DNA from: a virus | Lineage: Duplodnaviria; Heunggongvirae; Uroviricota; Caudoviricetes | Direction: 5' to 3' (one strand) | Length of the DNA stretch: 64,000 nucleotides | IMG/VR virus record: IMGVR_UViG_2939521961_000011 | Part shown: positions 43,451 to 52,834 of the stretch, piece after piece | Numbering within the stretch: the first letter of the stretch is position 1 | Layout of the letters: each line of letters starts with the position of its first letter | The notes under the pieces: generated by a model | Databases searched by the model: none | The model's input: the letters and a program-made list of their open reading frames with translations, nothing else | What the model was told of the DNA's origin: nothing | Made by a program: the position numbers and the translations under genes

Positions 43451-43718
43451 TTGACAACATCCGTCACTGTCTGTCAGAAAATGTACTGCCATATAGAAGC
43501 AACATGTGAAGTACATCTATCCTTTTGAGCCAGCACCTCTCCACCGAAAGTCAGTGCTGGCTGTTTTTTTCCTTAATAAGGCATCTGTAACTGAAACAAT
43601 CCGCATATTGATAATATATTGACAGGCATCATTGCTGTCTGTGAAAAATAAGTCTCTACAAACATATAAGGCCTTTTAGCCAGCGTCTTCTTTTTCAGGT
43701 CAGTCGCTGGCTTTTTTT
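43451..43718 (+). repeat. Two tandem paralogous promoter-like/terminator units (candidate small RNA genes)
   Basis: Units at about 43451..43570 and 43619..43718 each begin TTGACA, share a CTGTCTGT box and end in a gccagc...gctggc hairpin plus T7. Confidence 0.3.
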
Positions 43719-43719
43719 A

Positions 43720-45570
43720 TTATGCTGCCGGTGCATTTATCTCCAGCATCAGACTTTCTATCTCAACGCCATACGCTGCATTTTTTGTAACATCCGTCAG
43801 CGTCAGCGCATTCAGTCCCAGTGTCAGACTGTCTTTTATAACCTGGAATGCCGGGCCAGCCACTCCATTCAGTTTCGGAGTAACCGTGGCACTGCCGGCG
43901 GTGAACACCAGCTCCAGCGTCTGCCAGTCGTTACCGTAATCGCCGAACTCCCCCAGCTTCGTGTTTCCGGCTTTCCTGTGATGCATCAGATTCACTCTGC
44001 CGTCAGTGGTCTGAGTGAAGTACGACATCAGGAACGGATTACCGGTACCCGTCATCGCCACACCATCAGGAACGGGAGCATCTGTATACAGATAAATCCC
44101 CAGCCCGAACTGATTGTTGGTCAGTGCGCCTGACAGGCGGAACTTACAGGTCAGTCTGCCGCCCTGTGTCAGCAGGGTAATTGCGTCATCCACCGGATGC
44201 GTCAGGGACCAGGTTTTATTGCTCTGCTTGGTGATCTTAAATACACCATCTGACAACTGAATTCCGCCATCCTTAATGCTCCAGCCCTGCGCAGCAGCCT
44301 CTCCGGCTGCCGGCAGCAGGGAGATTGTGCGAACGGACGTATCTGCAGACGGACCCGATGGCGTGTTGCCGCCGGGCGAGGGTTTGATTTCCGGTGCCTT
44401 ACCACTGATGAAGGCGGAGGTGCGCCCGGCTGCGTTCAGAATAGCGGTTGCCAGACGATCCGGAATAATGCTCCTGCGCGCCCATGAACTGAAATGTGTC
44501 GGGCGGTTTGATGATACCTGGTTTCCATTCGTTCTCGATGCCGCACCGTAATATCCTGATGCCGGAATATCCGGATCTTCTGCCGGCGCGTTAGTGGCGG
44601 TATTGACACCGTTACCGTCTGTCATGAAGGGCACAAAATAAACGCCCTCACTCTCCCTGTTTTTATACCCGCCGTACACGGTGTCGTACTGGGTAGCGTA
44701 TGTATTTTTCCAGTAATACGTCGTGTCACCACAAATCCACGGCACATCTGCAGCACTGCCACCATGGCACTGCGCGTTAAACACGGAGAGGTCAGCACGA
44801 AACTGTGTCAGCATGGCTGTAAACAGCGCAGGTTGCTGTGCGTGGGTGGCGGCGCTCATGTCAAACTCTCCCTGCATCCAGCACACCGCCAGCAACACAT
44901 TTTTCGGGTTCTTCTGTAATGCAGCTTTAGTGCGCGCAATCAGGTCCTGATATAACGGTTTACCCACACCCCAGCGTGCCGAATCCTGGCTGGCCCCCGT
45001 GTCCGCACTGAATGTCCCCTCCGCGCCCTGGGTGAATGCCGAACCACCACGACAGCATGGTACCAGCAGGATCCCCGCGTTATTCGGGATATACGGGAGC
45101 AGTTTTTTGGCAATATGTAACCCCTGGCCGACACAGCCGTACTGCCCTTTGCTCAGGTCTGCCTTCGGATGATTCAGCGTACTCATATCCTGCACATCAT
45201 GCAGGCAGTGGTCGGCCGGAATAATATCGTTATATCTGCAGGCAGCCCCACCCGGCGTCACTGTACTGCGGCGCGCCAGCTGTTTAATGCGCGGATCCGG
45301 AGCATCGTATGAATCCGGCAGCGGAAGCCCTTCACCGTAAGCCATGGCATTGGACTGCCCGGCCAGTACGATGACGTAGTACCACTCCGGCTCAGTTGCA
45401 CCACTGACCACCACATCACCTTCTGCTGTAATCGCCTGCATCAGGGTATAAGGGGTTATGGCCACCGGACTCCCAAACGGCTGCCAGCCCTCTTTCAGTT
45501 TGTGTGTCAGCTTTTCCGCAAGGTCTGACGGCGACGCCGCCCTGACAACATCATAATGTTTAAATGTCAT
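43720..45570 (-). CDS. Prophage sialate O-acetylesterase-like protein (NanS-p-like)
   Basis: 616 aa with DUF1737-like N-terminus and SGNH/SASA-type GQSN motif (VIVLAGQSNAMAYGEG); Q-downstream position as in Stx-type phages. Confidence 0.7.
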   Translation of the reverse strand: MTFKHYDVVRAASPSDLAEKLTHKLKEGWQPFGSPVAITPYTLMQAITAEGDVVVSGATEPEWYYVIVLAGQSNAMAYGEGLPLPDSYDAPDPRIKQLARRSTVTPGGAACRYNDIIPADHCLHDVQDMSTLNHPKADLSKGQYGCVGQGLHIAKKLLPYIPNNAGILLVPCCRGGSAFTQGAEGTFSADTGASQDSARWGVGKPLYQDLIARTKAALQKNPKNVLLAVCWMQGEFDMSAATHAQQPALFTAMLTQFRADLSVFNAQCHGGSAADVPWICGDTTYYWKNTYATQYDTVYGGYKNRESEGVYFVPFMTDGNGVNTATNAPAEDPDIPASGYYGAASRTNGNQVSSNRPTHFSSWARRSIIPDRLATAILNAAGRTSAFISGKAPEIKPSPGGNTPSGPSADTSVRTISLLPAAGEAAAQGWSIKDGGIQLSDGVFKITKQSNKTWSLTHPVDDAITLLTQGGRLTCKFRLSGALTNNQFGLGIYLYTDAPVPDGVAMTGTGNPFLMSYFTQTTDGRVNLMHHRKAGNTKLGEFGDYGNDWQTLELVFTAGSATVTPKLNGVAGPAFQVIKDSLTLGLNALTLTDVTKNAAYGVEIESLMLEINAPAA

Positions 45571-45784
45571 TATTCCTCCCGGCCGGGATAGTGTATTAAA
45601 TCAGATATGGAGTGGGCTGTAGTCCGGAAGCCTGAATGACACACGGGGACTACAGCCCAAGAAATGAAAAAAGGCCACGCAGTTGCGCAGCCTGATAAAC
45701 CCTGGTTAAAATCCACACGATAACAACACAACAATATCAGTATCTCATGCTATTGCCCGAACCCATTCGGGCATTTTTTACCCA

Positions 45785-45816
45785 TAAAAAAGCCCCTCCG
45801 GAGAGGGGCATGTTTG
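45785..45816. terminator. Bidirectional rho-independent terminator
   Basis: gcccctc cgga gaggggc hairpin flanked by an A-run and a T-rich stretch. Confidence 0.4.
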
Positions 45817-46140
45817 CATGCACATTCTTTTTCTTGCATGGTGCCGGGTGCCTCCCGGTGAATTCAGTATCAGCACCTGAATCCGCGATTATCACATATA
45901 CCTGGTTGCTGATTGCCCCTCCGCACAGGGGGATTCACCATGCAGTAGTATTTTTAATAAACAGTAAACAAAAAAATCAAGCATTATGCAGGCTGTTTCT
46001 TTTTATCACCGGCCACAGCAATACCACAATGCCGCAGACCAGCACCCCATCCGCCAGCACCGACATGATTCTGCTGGTGAAATCCACCATCACCACCAGA
46101 AACAGCAGGAGTGCAGCCACAGCCAGGCGCAGTTTTACCG

Positions 46141-46533
46141 TCACTGGTGATTCTCCAGACGAAGACCCAGAACACCGGCAATCTCTTCCAGCACCTTGCG
46201 CTCTTCCGGCTCAATTTCGCCGTCTGCCTCCGCAATGGCCACCGCCACATCCAGCACATCTTCCGCTTCACGCGTATCGTGTTTCACATCCTCGATCTCA
46301 CGTAACGCCGCACGACGACCAATTTTAAAGTTCGTATCCAGCTGACCGATAATGGTTGCGCTAATCGCATTAATTTCTGACGTAAACGCGGACAGCGCAG
46401 GCTGATTACGCAGTACCTGTTCGATCTTCGCTTTCTAGGAAGCCTCACATTCACCATCTGCACAGGCCACCAGGTAGGCAGCATTAATAACCGCCTGTGC
46501 CAGATCGCGTTTCTCAAACTTTCCTTTTTCCGG
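46141..46533 (-). pseudogene. TerB-like reading frame interrupted by in-frame TAA and TAG stops
   Basis: Translation: PEKGKFEKRDLAQAVINAAYLVACADGECEAS*KAKIEQVL...AIAEADGEIEPEEREVLEEIAGVLGLRLENHQ with a TerB-like AxADGxIxxEE motif pair; no start codon after the upstream TAA. Confidence 0.35.
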
Positions 46534-46635
46534 TTAACGTGACACACCAATAACTCTTGTCGAAAAAGCCAGCAAGCTGAAAGACCGGTATTCACAACCA
46601 CCAGCGCGTTTACTGTACTGGCGTGATTTCAGTCA

Positions 46636-46661
46636 TAAAAAAACCCGCCTGGCGACGGGTG
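46636..46661 (-). terminator. tR'-like terminator downstream of prophage B Q
   Basis: Hairpin acccgcc/ggcgacgggt followed by a T-run on the minus strand, about 80 nt downstream of the Q stop. Confidence 0.4.
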
Positions 46662-46740
46662 TAAAAAATCTTCTAACGTCAGGCATAAAACGCCCATCGT
46701 TAGGGCAAATTTACCACAGATTCGGGAAAAATCAACAAAG

Positions 46741-47562
46741 CTATCTGGTCACCTTTTTCAGTTGTTGTTCTGCCCATGCTTCTTCAATATCAAACTGCAC
46801 CACCAGCGTATCGTAAAAACGTTTAACTGTTTTTTTCCATGTATCAAGAGATATGGCATCGGTTACATTACATATGGCATTAAATGCCTCCGTTGAAGGT
46901 AATCTTTCATAGCCACGACCACCACAACGCTGGCAGTCTCTGATAACAGGCATACCACGTTTTACCGACTCTTCACGATGAATGGCAACACCGCGCCCAC
47001 GACAATCTTTACAGGCGGTGGAAACCTCCCCCTTCCCTCCACACTCCGGACAGGCAACTTTTACCACCTCCCTGACTTTTTTCCATTCCTCCCAGTAAGA
47101 CGGATACACGCCTTTTGTGCACTTTGCCCACACTGGCGGCTTACCATCCGGATACTGGATCTTGTTTGTAAAAACCTCGCTTTCAATAAATTTTTTTCCG
47201 TGACAACAGGGGCACTGTTTTTTGCTCGCCGCGCTACGGGCATAATCTTCAAACGCATACGAAGCCATAATACGCATCACTGCCGGTTTTATTTCTGCCG
47301 GGAGTTTTCTTAACGCCGCCACGCGATCACACCGACTGAGTGCATATTCTGTCAGCAATTCTGTTGCCCGCTCTCTGTCATTCATACTAATGCCCATTTT
47401 CCCAAGGAACGCAGAAAACCCCATCTCAGCCCAATTCTGTGTCATGCCCTGCGCGGCCATCACATCAGTGATACTCAGCGTATCTTTCGACGTTGAGGCC
47501 GATGCATCAGTCAGGCCGGGGGATTTTGGGGAGTAGTATTTCGGTAAATCTTCCAGTTTCAT
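46741..47562 (-). CDS. Q: Late-gene antitermination protein Q (zinc-finger type)
   Basis: 273 aa; shares the LPKYYSPKSP N-terminus and CxxC zinc-finger repeats with the prophage A Q. Confidence 0.8.
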   Translation of the reverse strand: MKLEDLPKYYSPKSPGLTDASASTSKDTLSITDVMAAQGMTQNWAEMGFSAFLGKMGISMNDRERATELLTEYALSRCDRVAALRKLPAEIKPAVMRIMASYAFEDYARSAASKKQCPCCHGKKFIESEVFTNKIQYPDGKPPVWAKCTKGVYPSYWEEWKKVREVVKVACPECGGKGEVSTACKDCRGRGVAIHREESVKRGMPVIRDCQRCGGRGYERLPSTEAFNAICNVTDAISLDTWKKTVKRFYDTLVVQFDIEEAWAEQQLKKVTR

Positions 47563-47933
47563 TTTTTGACCAGCCCTTCAAGCATTATGGGGTAAATCTT
47601 CACCCCCAGACGTCCACCAGATACTGGCTGACCACGAACGATATTGATTTCATCAAACTGCTCATCGTCCATTAACACTCCCGCATGCGTCAGCGCATCC
47701 AGCGGCGCTTTCAGAATATTGTCCAGGTCACGGCGGCGCTTATCCGGTGGCTCGGCAATAATCTTTATCGCCAGCCTTCCGGACAGGCTTAATTTCAGCC
47801 GCTGCTGGCGAACAATAAGCGCCACAGCCCGGCGATAACGCTCACCGGCTTTTGATACAAAATATGTGCTGCCACGACGTCGCCAGTAGGTGTTCACCGT
47901 CGGCGGGTAAAGCAAAACAAACTCTATACGCAT
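47559..47933 (-). CDS. rusA: Holliday-junction resolvase RusA
   Basis: 124 aa; YPPTVNTYWRRRG...RRRDLDNILKAPLDALTHAGV matches the RusA family; classic nin-region position. Confidence 0.85.
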   Translation of the reverse strand: MRIEFVLLYPPTVNTYWRRRGSTYFVSKAGERYRRAVALIVRQQRLKLSLSGRLAIKIIAEPPDKRRRDLDNILKAPLDALTHAGVLMDDEQFDEINIVRGQPVSGGRLGVKIYPIMLEGLVKK

Positions 47934-47945
47934 CAGTAACCTCTT

Positions 47946-49049
47946 TTACCCGAGCACGCCGGTTGCAAAGGCGTGATCAAGAAAACGAAAAATTAAATCA
48001 ACCTGGGAACCATGCTTTTCTTCGAACGCCAGCGGATCCGCATGAAGCTCGTTGTGATGCTCCCGACACAGCGGTAGCGTGAAAATATCGTGGGATTTTG
48101 TTCCCATTCCACCCTGACCATGACCAATCAGATGATGAGGATCGTCCGCTGGCTTACCACAACACGCACACGGCTGTGTCTTTACCCAGCGTGTGTATTT
48201 CTCATTTACCCAGCGGCGACGTTTAGGTCGTTTCATGAAGGATTCCGGAGACTCCGGATCAACGGCAATGCTGACCACCGTCTTTTCCTGTGGTGGGTTC
48301 TGTTGCTGGTGGGTGTGAGGCGGTAGCGCAATATTTTTTGTGCGCTGCTTCAGTATGCTGGTGGCGGTCTGTTCTCCCGGTATGATGTCGCTTTCACGGT
48401 ATACGGAGCGGATTTTTTCCGCCGGTAATCCCAGAGAGCGACGCGATACTGCCTCAGGTAATGCGTCCACCACCTGATTGCAGACTGCCCACCAGGATAA
48501 TTCAGCCAGCGATAATTCCCGCTCCTGCGTGCCATTCATTACATGGCGTATGACGTCAATCATCCAGGCTGTCAGATTTTGTTGAGTAAGTTGCTCAAGT
48601 GATTCGGAGGTCTGGTCGCGCAGCTGGTTGTCGCAGTGCCAGCACAACACCATTGCGCCGGTACCATAACGGTGAATGACGGTTTCACTGTGGTGATAAT
48701 CACCGTGTGGCCACTGGCAGGATTTAACATGGCGCAGTAACCAGTCAGACAATGCGCCAGCGCCACCAGCAGCACGAATCACTCGTTCGTCGCTGAAAAA
48801 TGGCAGTAATGATTTATCTTCCGCCAGCGGCTGGCGAACAGCAGGAACCGCTCCAGATGGCAGCGCCCGCATGTTTTTCGGTTCCGGCTCCACCAGCACC
48901 CTGCCGCGATGAAAAACTGGCAATGATTCACGACCGGGCTTAAGGACCACCAGCCCGAGTTCCGGAACCAGAACAGGTCGAAGTAATACCCGCACATTAC
49001 CTCCAGACGCGCTGACGGTAGCAGGCATGTGTCCGTGGCAGATGTGCAC
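47946..49049 (-). CDS. DUF968-family protein with C-terminal HNH-like motif (YdfU-like)
   Basis: 367 aa, highly similar to 1179..2228 including CACCGKP..HHL..LCREHHNELH. Confidence 0.7.
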   Translation of the reverse strand: MHICHGHMPATVSASGGNVRVLLRPVLVPELGLVVLKPGRESLPVFHRGRVLVEPEPKNMRALPSGAVPAVRQPLAEDKSLLPFFSDERVIRAAGGAGALSDWLLRHVKSCQWPHGDYHHSETVIHRYGTGAMVLCWHCDNQLRDQTSESLEQLTQQNLTAWMIDVIRHVMNGTQERELSLAELSWWAVCNQVVDALPEAVSRRSLGLPAEKIRSVYRESDIIPGEQTATSILKQRTKNIALPPHTHQQQNPPQEKTVVSIAVDPESPESFMKRPKRRRWVNEKYTRWVKTQPCACCGKPADDPHHLIGHGQGGMGTKSHDIFTLPLCREHHNELHADPLAFEEKHGSQVDLIFRFLDHAFATGVLG

Positions 49050-49269
49050 GAACAGGAAGATATACAGAAACGGTCCAGGTCAGACGATCAGCGTTCAGAC
49101 TCCGCTCCACACGGACACCGCGACGCAGATACGCCTCTTGAAGCATATCTGCCTCATCGATCGTACAGAACAGATAGTGAAACCAGCCATACTGAGGCGC
49201 ACGAAAACGCCTCCCCTGCTTAATTTCCGGGTCGGCTTCAGAATTGTGGGATTTTATGTGTTGTGTCAT
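48997..49269 (-). CDS. Small Rem-like prophage protein
   Basis: 90 aa, paralog of 2230..2517 with the same C-terminus RQR(I/V)WR. Confidence 0.4.
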   Translation of the reverse strand: MTQHIKSHNSEADPEIKQGRRFRAPQYGWFHYLFCTIDEADMLQEAYLRRGVRVERSLNADRLTWTVSVYLPVRAHLPRTHACYRQRVWR

Positions 49270-49390
49270 CGGATTCTCCGGTGACAGCAGGTGTCAGTTG
49301 TTCAGGCTGACTGCGCGAATTGTAAGGCAATACGCCGGAATGTACAAACAGAAAACCCGTCAGTAAGACGGGCTTAACAAGCAGGGGCGG

Positions 49391-49735
49391 TTACTTTAAT
49401 AATTTCAGTGCCTTTACATCAACTTCAACACTGCTCAGGTCTTTATCAATTTCACCCTCAATTCTTACTTTGTCTTTCGGAGAAACATTCTGCCCGGCCC
49501 ATACGCTGTCATCAATATCCGTGACAATTGTCCCGCTATTGTCACGAAACTCATAACGTTCATCACCCACTTTTTTAACGATGCTCCCTTCAAGGATAAC
49601 CCATGCATCATCCTTCAGTTCTTTTGCCTGCGCTACTGTTGAACGCTCTGCTTCTGGCCCCTGGAAACCACCCTGCTGTGCAAAAGCGCCAAAAGACACA
49701 CCGGAAATAAGTGCTGCAATCAATACCTTTTTCAT
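49391..49735 (-). CDS. YgiW/YdeI (BOF) family periplasmic OB-fold protein
   Basis: Signal peptide MKKVLIAALISGVSFGAFAQ, then the QGGFQGP...ILEG...YEFRDNSG.I...ID...W pattern of the family. Confidence 0.65.
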   Translation of the reverse strand: MKKVLIAALISGVSFGAFAQQGGFQGPEAERSTVAQAKELKDDAWVILEGSIVKKVGDERYEFRDNSGTIVTDIDDSVWAGQNVSPKDKVRIEGEIDKDLSSVEVDVKALKLLK

Positions 49736-49854
49736 TCATAGTCCTCTTTCAGAGATGAACATTCAAACAGCATTTTCAGTATGGTAAAGCGCGGGTGCGT
49801 TGAGGATGCCTGACACATCAGAGGTGGCGGGAGATTACTCCCCCGCCTGGTCTC

Positions 49855-50010
49855 TTACTTCTCAGATTCGTAGTCTACGAAGACAGCGACCTCCGTCTGA
49901 CCGGTTCGGATTCGCACCTCGCAGAGGTCTTTCCTCGTTACCAGTGCCGTCACTATGACGGTTAAACAGATGACGATCAGGGCGATTAACATCGCCTTTT
50001 GCTGCTTCAT
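49855..50010 (-). CDS. hok: Hok-family type I toxin
   Basis: 51 aa MKQQKAMLIALIVICLTVIVTALVTRKDLCEVRIRTGQTEVAVFVDYESEK; conserved leader/Sok region upstream. Confidence 0.9.
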   Translation of the reverse strand: MKQQKAMLIALIVICLTVIVTALVTRKDLCEVRIRTGQTEVAVFVDYESEK

Positions 50011-50220
50011 AGCCTGCTTCTCCTTGCCTTTCGGCACGTAAGAGGCTAACCTACATGTGTTCAGCATGGATTGAGCCTCAGATTAATGTTAAGCGTCTTG
50101 CAGGACGCGTAATGTTAACTGGGGCTTTTCTCTATCTGCCGTTGGTGTTCATGCCCGAGGCAGATAGCCTCAAGCACCCGCTGCAATTCTACTTAACTAT
50201 CCTTTTCCCGCAAACCGTTT

Positions 50221-50304
50221 TTATCCCCAGCGGCAAATCGAATACACCACCAGCGCCACCGCCATCGCAATTCCTACCGTTGTGAATGCTTCAGGCCAGG
50301 TCAT
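50221..50304 (-). CDS. Conserved 27-aa hydrophobic small protein (MTWPEAFTTVGIAMAVALVVYSICRWG)
   Basis: AGGAGG RBS; ATG overlaps the stop of the DUF551 gene (ATGA); paralog at 5038..5121. Confidence 0.5.
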   Translation of the reverse strand: MTWPEAFTTVGIAMAVALVVYSICRWG

Positions 50305-50858
50305 TGATTCACCTCCTGCGGCGGTTCTGGTAGCGACATCCAGTGGGTTGCTTGCCTAAGATCATTACCCGGACTAACTGCTATACCTCCGCGCCGGAAC
50401 GTGCCTCCGAGATAGCGTGCGGAATATATTAATGGCCCAGCCTCGCTATCGATATTCATCGAAATAAGCACGTTCTGGCTCTTTTCAGGCATTCGCTCAG
50501 TACAGCTTATCCAGCCATCCAGAGTTATCGGAGATCTGGTTGACGTTTCCGAGATTTCCCGAAAATTGTTGGTTGACGAATTCTTATTTTCCCGAAAGTT
50601 TCCGGCCTGAAGCATGGCGACGCGGCAGGCGTTCCAGCCATCAGCATATGTTTTAGTTACACCGTCGAGATGGCAGGTAAGCAAATCCATTTCATCAGGC
50701 ACTACCATTGCTATCGGCTCTGCTTCCAGTGATGCCAGCGCGATACGAAACACATTAGCCAGCAGGCTGTCTGAAGACTTGTTATCGTGCGCCGAGTCGC
50801 TCAGGAAGCCTGTGATGTATGATTTAATCTCCGCGCGTTCTCTGGTAATAGTGCTCAT
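50301..50858 (-). CDS. DUF551-type phage protein
   Basis: 185 aa with C-terminal W.SC.ERMPE...THWM.LPEPP pattern that I associate with DUF551. Confidence 0.55.
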   Translation of the reverse strand: MSTITRERAEIKSYITGFLSDSAHDNKSSDSLLANVFRIALASLEAEPIAMVVPDEMDLLTCHLDGVTKTYADGWNACRVAMLQAGNFRENKNSSTNNFREISETSTRSPITLDGWISCTERMPEKSQNVLISMNIDSEAGPLIYSARYLGGTFRRGGIAVSPGNDLRQATHWMSLPEPPQEVNQ

Positions 50859-50859
50859 A

Positions 50860-51078
50860 TCAGTTTTCCTTATACGGATTAATTTTATTGTGCAGTGCGC
50901 TGAATGATTCCCATGTCACATCGGTATATAGCTCAATAACTGGTTCAAATGTCCTTCCAATTATCCAGACCAGTAATAGCGGGGATATCGGTATCATCAA
51001 CACTATAAACAGAATGAAAAACAGAAACTCTGTTGTTCTGCTCTTTCGTGGGTAATTTTTTTCTAAATAATGTTTCAT
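50860..51078 (-). CDS. Hypothetical small membrane protein
   Basis: 72-aa ORF with one strongly hydrophobic helix FLFFILFIVLMIPISPLLLVWII. Confidence 0.35.
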   Translation of the reverse strand: MKHYLEKNYPRKSRTTEFLFFILFIVLMIPISPLLLVWIIGRTFEPVIELYTDVTWESFSALHNKINPYKEN

Positions 51079-51205
51079 TTCTTACCGCCCTTTCGGGCGG
51101 CCTCCTGATGTTCTGAGGGTGCAGGAATCCCTCCGGTTAAGGATTTAATAAAAATCGTTTCTGATTTAAATCTTCAGTATTTAGTTGTTAGTTGGTTTAT
51201 CGCCT

Positions 51206-51517
51206 TTATGCTTCAGCCTTATTTCGCAACCAGACACAAACCGGGCCATCTTCCGTATCATGAATGGAACCAATAAACCAGCCATCGCCCTCTGGTCGTT
51301 CCGGTTCCCATGCAGAAATATCAGCATCACACGCATCAAGGTCAGCACATCCTTCATCTCTGAAGCAGAGGACGTATTGAAGATTATTTTCCTCCATCCA
51401 GGCGTTAAACTCTTCCGTTGAAATATATTCCCGACCATCACAGAATTTTTCATATTCAGGATGTGTCCAGTAGCCATATCCGTCACGAACTACCGGCATT
51501 TCTTTAATTTCACTCAC
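51206..51517 (-). CDS. Hypothetical acidic phage protein
   Basis: 103-aa ORF in the nin region, operon-like packing with neighbours. Confidence 0.45.
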   Translation of the reverse strand: MSEIKEMPVVRDGYGYWTHPEYEKFCDGREYISTEEFNAWMEENNLQYVLCFRDEGCADLDACDADISAWEPERPEGDGWFIGSIHDTEDGPVCVWLRNKAEA

Positions 51518-51737
51518 TGTTAACCTCCTGCAACGCTACACGATACGCCTTCTTTATCCACGCCTTACTGCCATATAATTTCGTCTTCATAATAAACACA
51601 CCTGCACGACTCGCCGATATCCCCGGACAGGTTAACAGCACAGCATCCACCACACGGTTATGCTTCCGAAACTCCATTACAGTACTGCTGATAACCACCT
51701 GCCCCACCGGGCCGTAATCCTGATACAGGATTTTCAC
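51510..51737 (-). CDS. Hypothetical phage protein
   Basis: 75-aa ORF overlapping its neighbours by 8 and 4 nt. Confidence 0.4.
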   Translation of the reverse strand: MKILYQDYGPVGQVVISSTVMEFRKHNRVVDAVLLTCPGISASRAGVFIMKTKLYGSKAWIKKAYRVALQEVNSE

Positions 51738-52015
51738 GCAGACACCCTCCTGTCGAAATAAACGTAGTTATTCACTATGCGCAGCGGCATGCCTAATTTT
51801 CTGGCAATTTCCCTTCTTTGCATGCCTCTCTGATGCAGTTGCCGCGCCAGCTCAATATCACGCTGAGAATATTTTGCCGACGGGTGAAAATCACCACGTA
51901 ACATCATGCTGATGCCCAGCTCCCGTGCCTTCGTTCTCACTGCCGCTTCAGTTCGTCCGATAAGTGCGCCAACGCTTTTTACCTTCATCGTTCCCGCACA
52001 CTGCCGGAGTATCAT
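51734..52015 (-). CDS. Small HTH-like phage protein (two HTH-like segments)
   Basis: Paralog of 5118..5303 with a C-terminal extension; start chosen at an internal ATG. Confidence 0.4.
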   Translation of the reverse strand: MILRQCAGTMKVKSVGALIGRTEAAVRTKARELGISMMLRGDFHPSAKYSQRDIELARQLHQRGMQRREIARKLGMPLRIVNNYVYFDRRVSA

Positions 52016-52047
52016 GATTTCCGCCCGGCACCACGTCTTCCACCCAC

Positions 52048-52809
52048 TCACCGCTGCTGTTCTCTGGTGGCGGTAATATCCCGGAGAATATCCCGGCACT
52101 TGTTCAGCTCCCGCAGCGCGGCGCAGACTCGCTCCCACTTCTGAACCTGACCTTTTGCCCGGCGCAGCTCGCGGTTAGCCACATGCAGCGATGGTAAAAT
52201 CAGACCATCCGGATGCTTTCTGGTGAACGACGGCTGTGACTGCACTGTGACCGCCACACTTTCCGTTTTTATTTCTTCCTGTGTTGCGGCTTCCCGGACT
52301 GGTAACGCAGCACCTGCTGGCTGAGGAAAGGCCTTACCATCATTTTTCGTTACCGGCGCGGCTTTCGGATCTGCTGGTAAATTCCCCCCCGACATGCAGT
52401 AACGAAATTTACCGTTCTGATTAACGCGTGCCAGCCGCCCCGTTGCGGTTACCACCGCCAGCGTGGAAGCAACCTTGCGAGTACTGACGCCGAACTTACC
52501 CGCCAGTTCCTCACACGTTTTAGCACCATCCTGACCGATAAACTCAACCATCATGTCTGCGGTAACTTTTGGAGCGACCTCTTCGGTTACCACATCCGGC
52601 GCTTCAGGTTGTAGTGCCTGCCCTTCGGTTACCCCGGCTTCACCTTCGACAGCCAGAAACCAGGTGTGACCCGTTTTATCAACAACGCCATTTTTTTTGA
52701 GTTCCCACAGTTCGTTAAGAACTTCTTCACGGCTGATATCAAGCCGCGCCGCCAGTTCAACAGAATTGGCTTTTCCCATCGCTTTCAGTGCATGCAATAC
52801 AGTTTCCAT
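52048..52809 (-). CDS. DUF1627-like phage protein
   Basis: 253 aa, about 90 percent identical to 5363..6124. Confidence 0.65.
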   Translation of the reverse strand: METVLHALKAMGKANSVELAARLDISREEVLNELWELKKNGVVDKTGHTWFLAVEGEAGVTEGQALQPEAPDVVTEEVAPKVTADMMVEFIGQDGAKTCEELAGKFGVSTRKVASTLAVVTATGRLARVNQNGKFRYCMSGGNLPADPKAAPVTKNDGKAFPQPAGAALPVREAATQEEIKTESVAVTVQSQPSFTRKHPDGLILPSLHVANRELRRAKGQVQKWERVCAALRELNKCRDILRDITATREQQR

Positions 52810-52834
52810 CGAAAATTTACCTCGTCAAAAATTC

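Noticed and set aside
45747-46328. 193-aa plus-strand ORF between nanS-p and Q
   Set aside because: Spans two terminator hairpins and is antisense to the TerB-like remnant; His/Pro/Arg-rich; no RBS.
45571-46740. Searched for stx genes or tRNA genes downstream of Q, as in Stx-converting phages
   Set aside because: No tRNA-like cloverleaf sequence and no Stx A/B-like ORFs seen; the slot holds only terminators and the TerB-like remnant.
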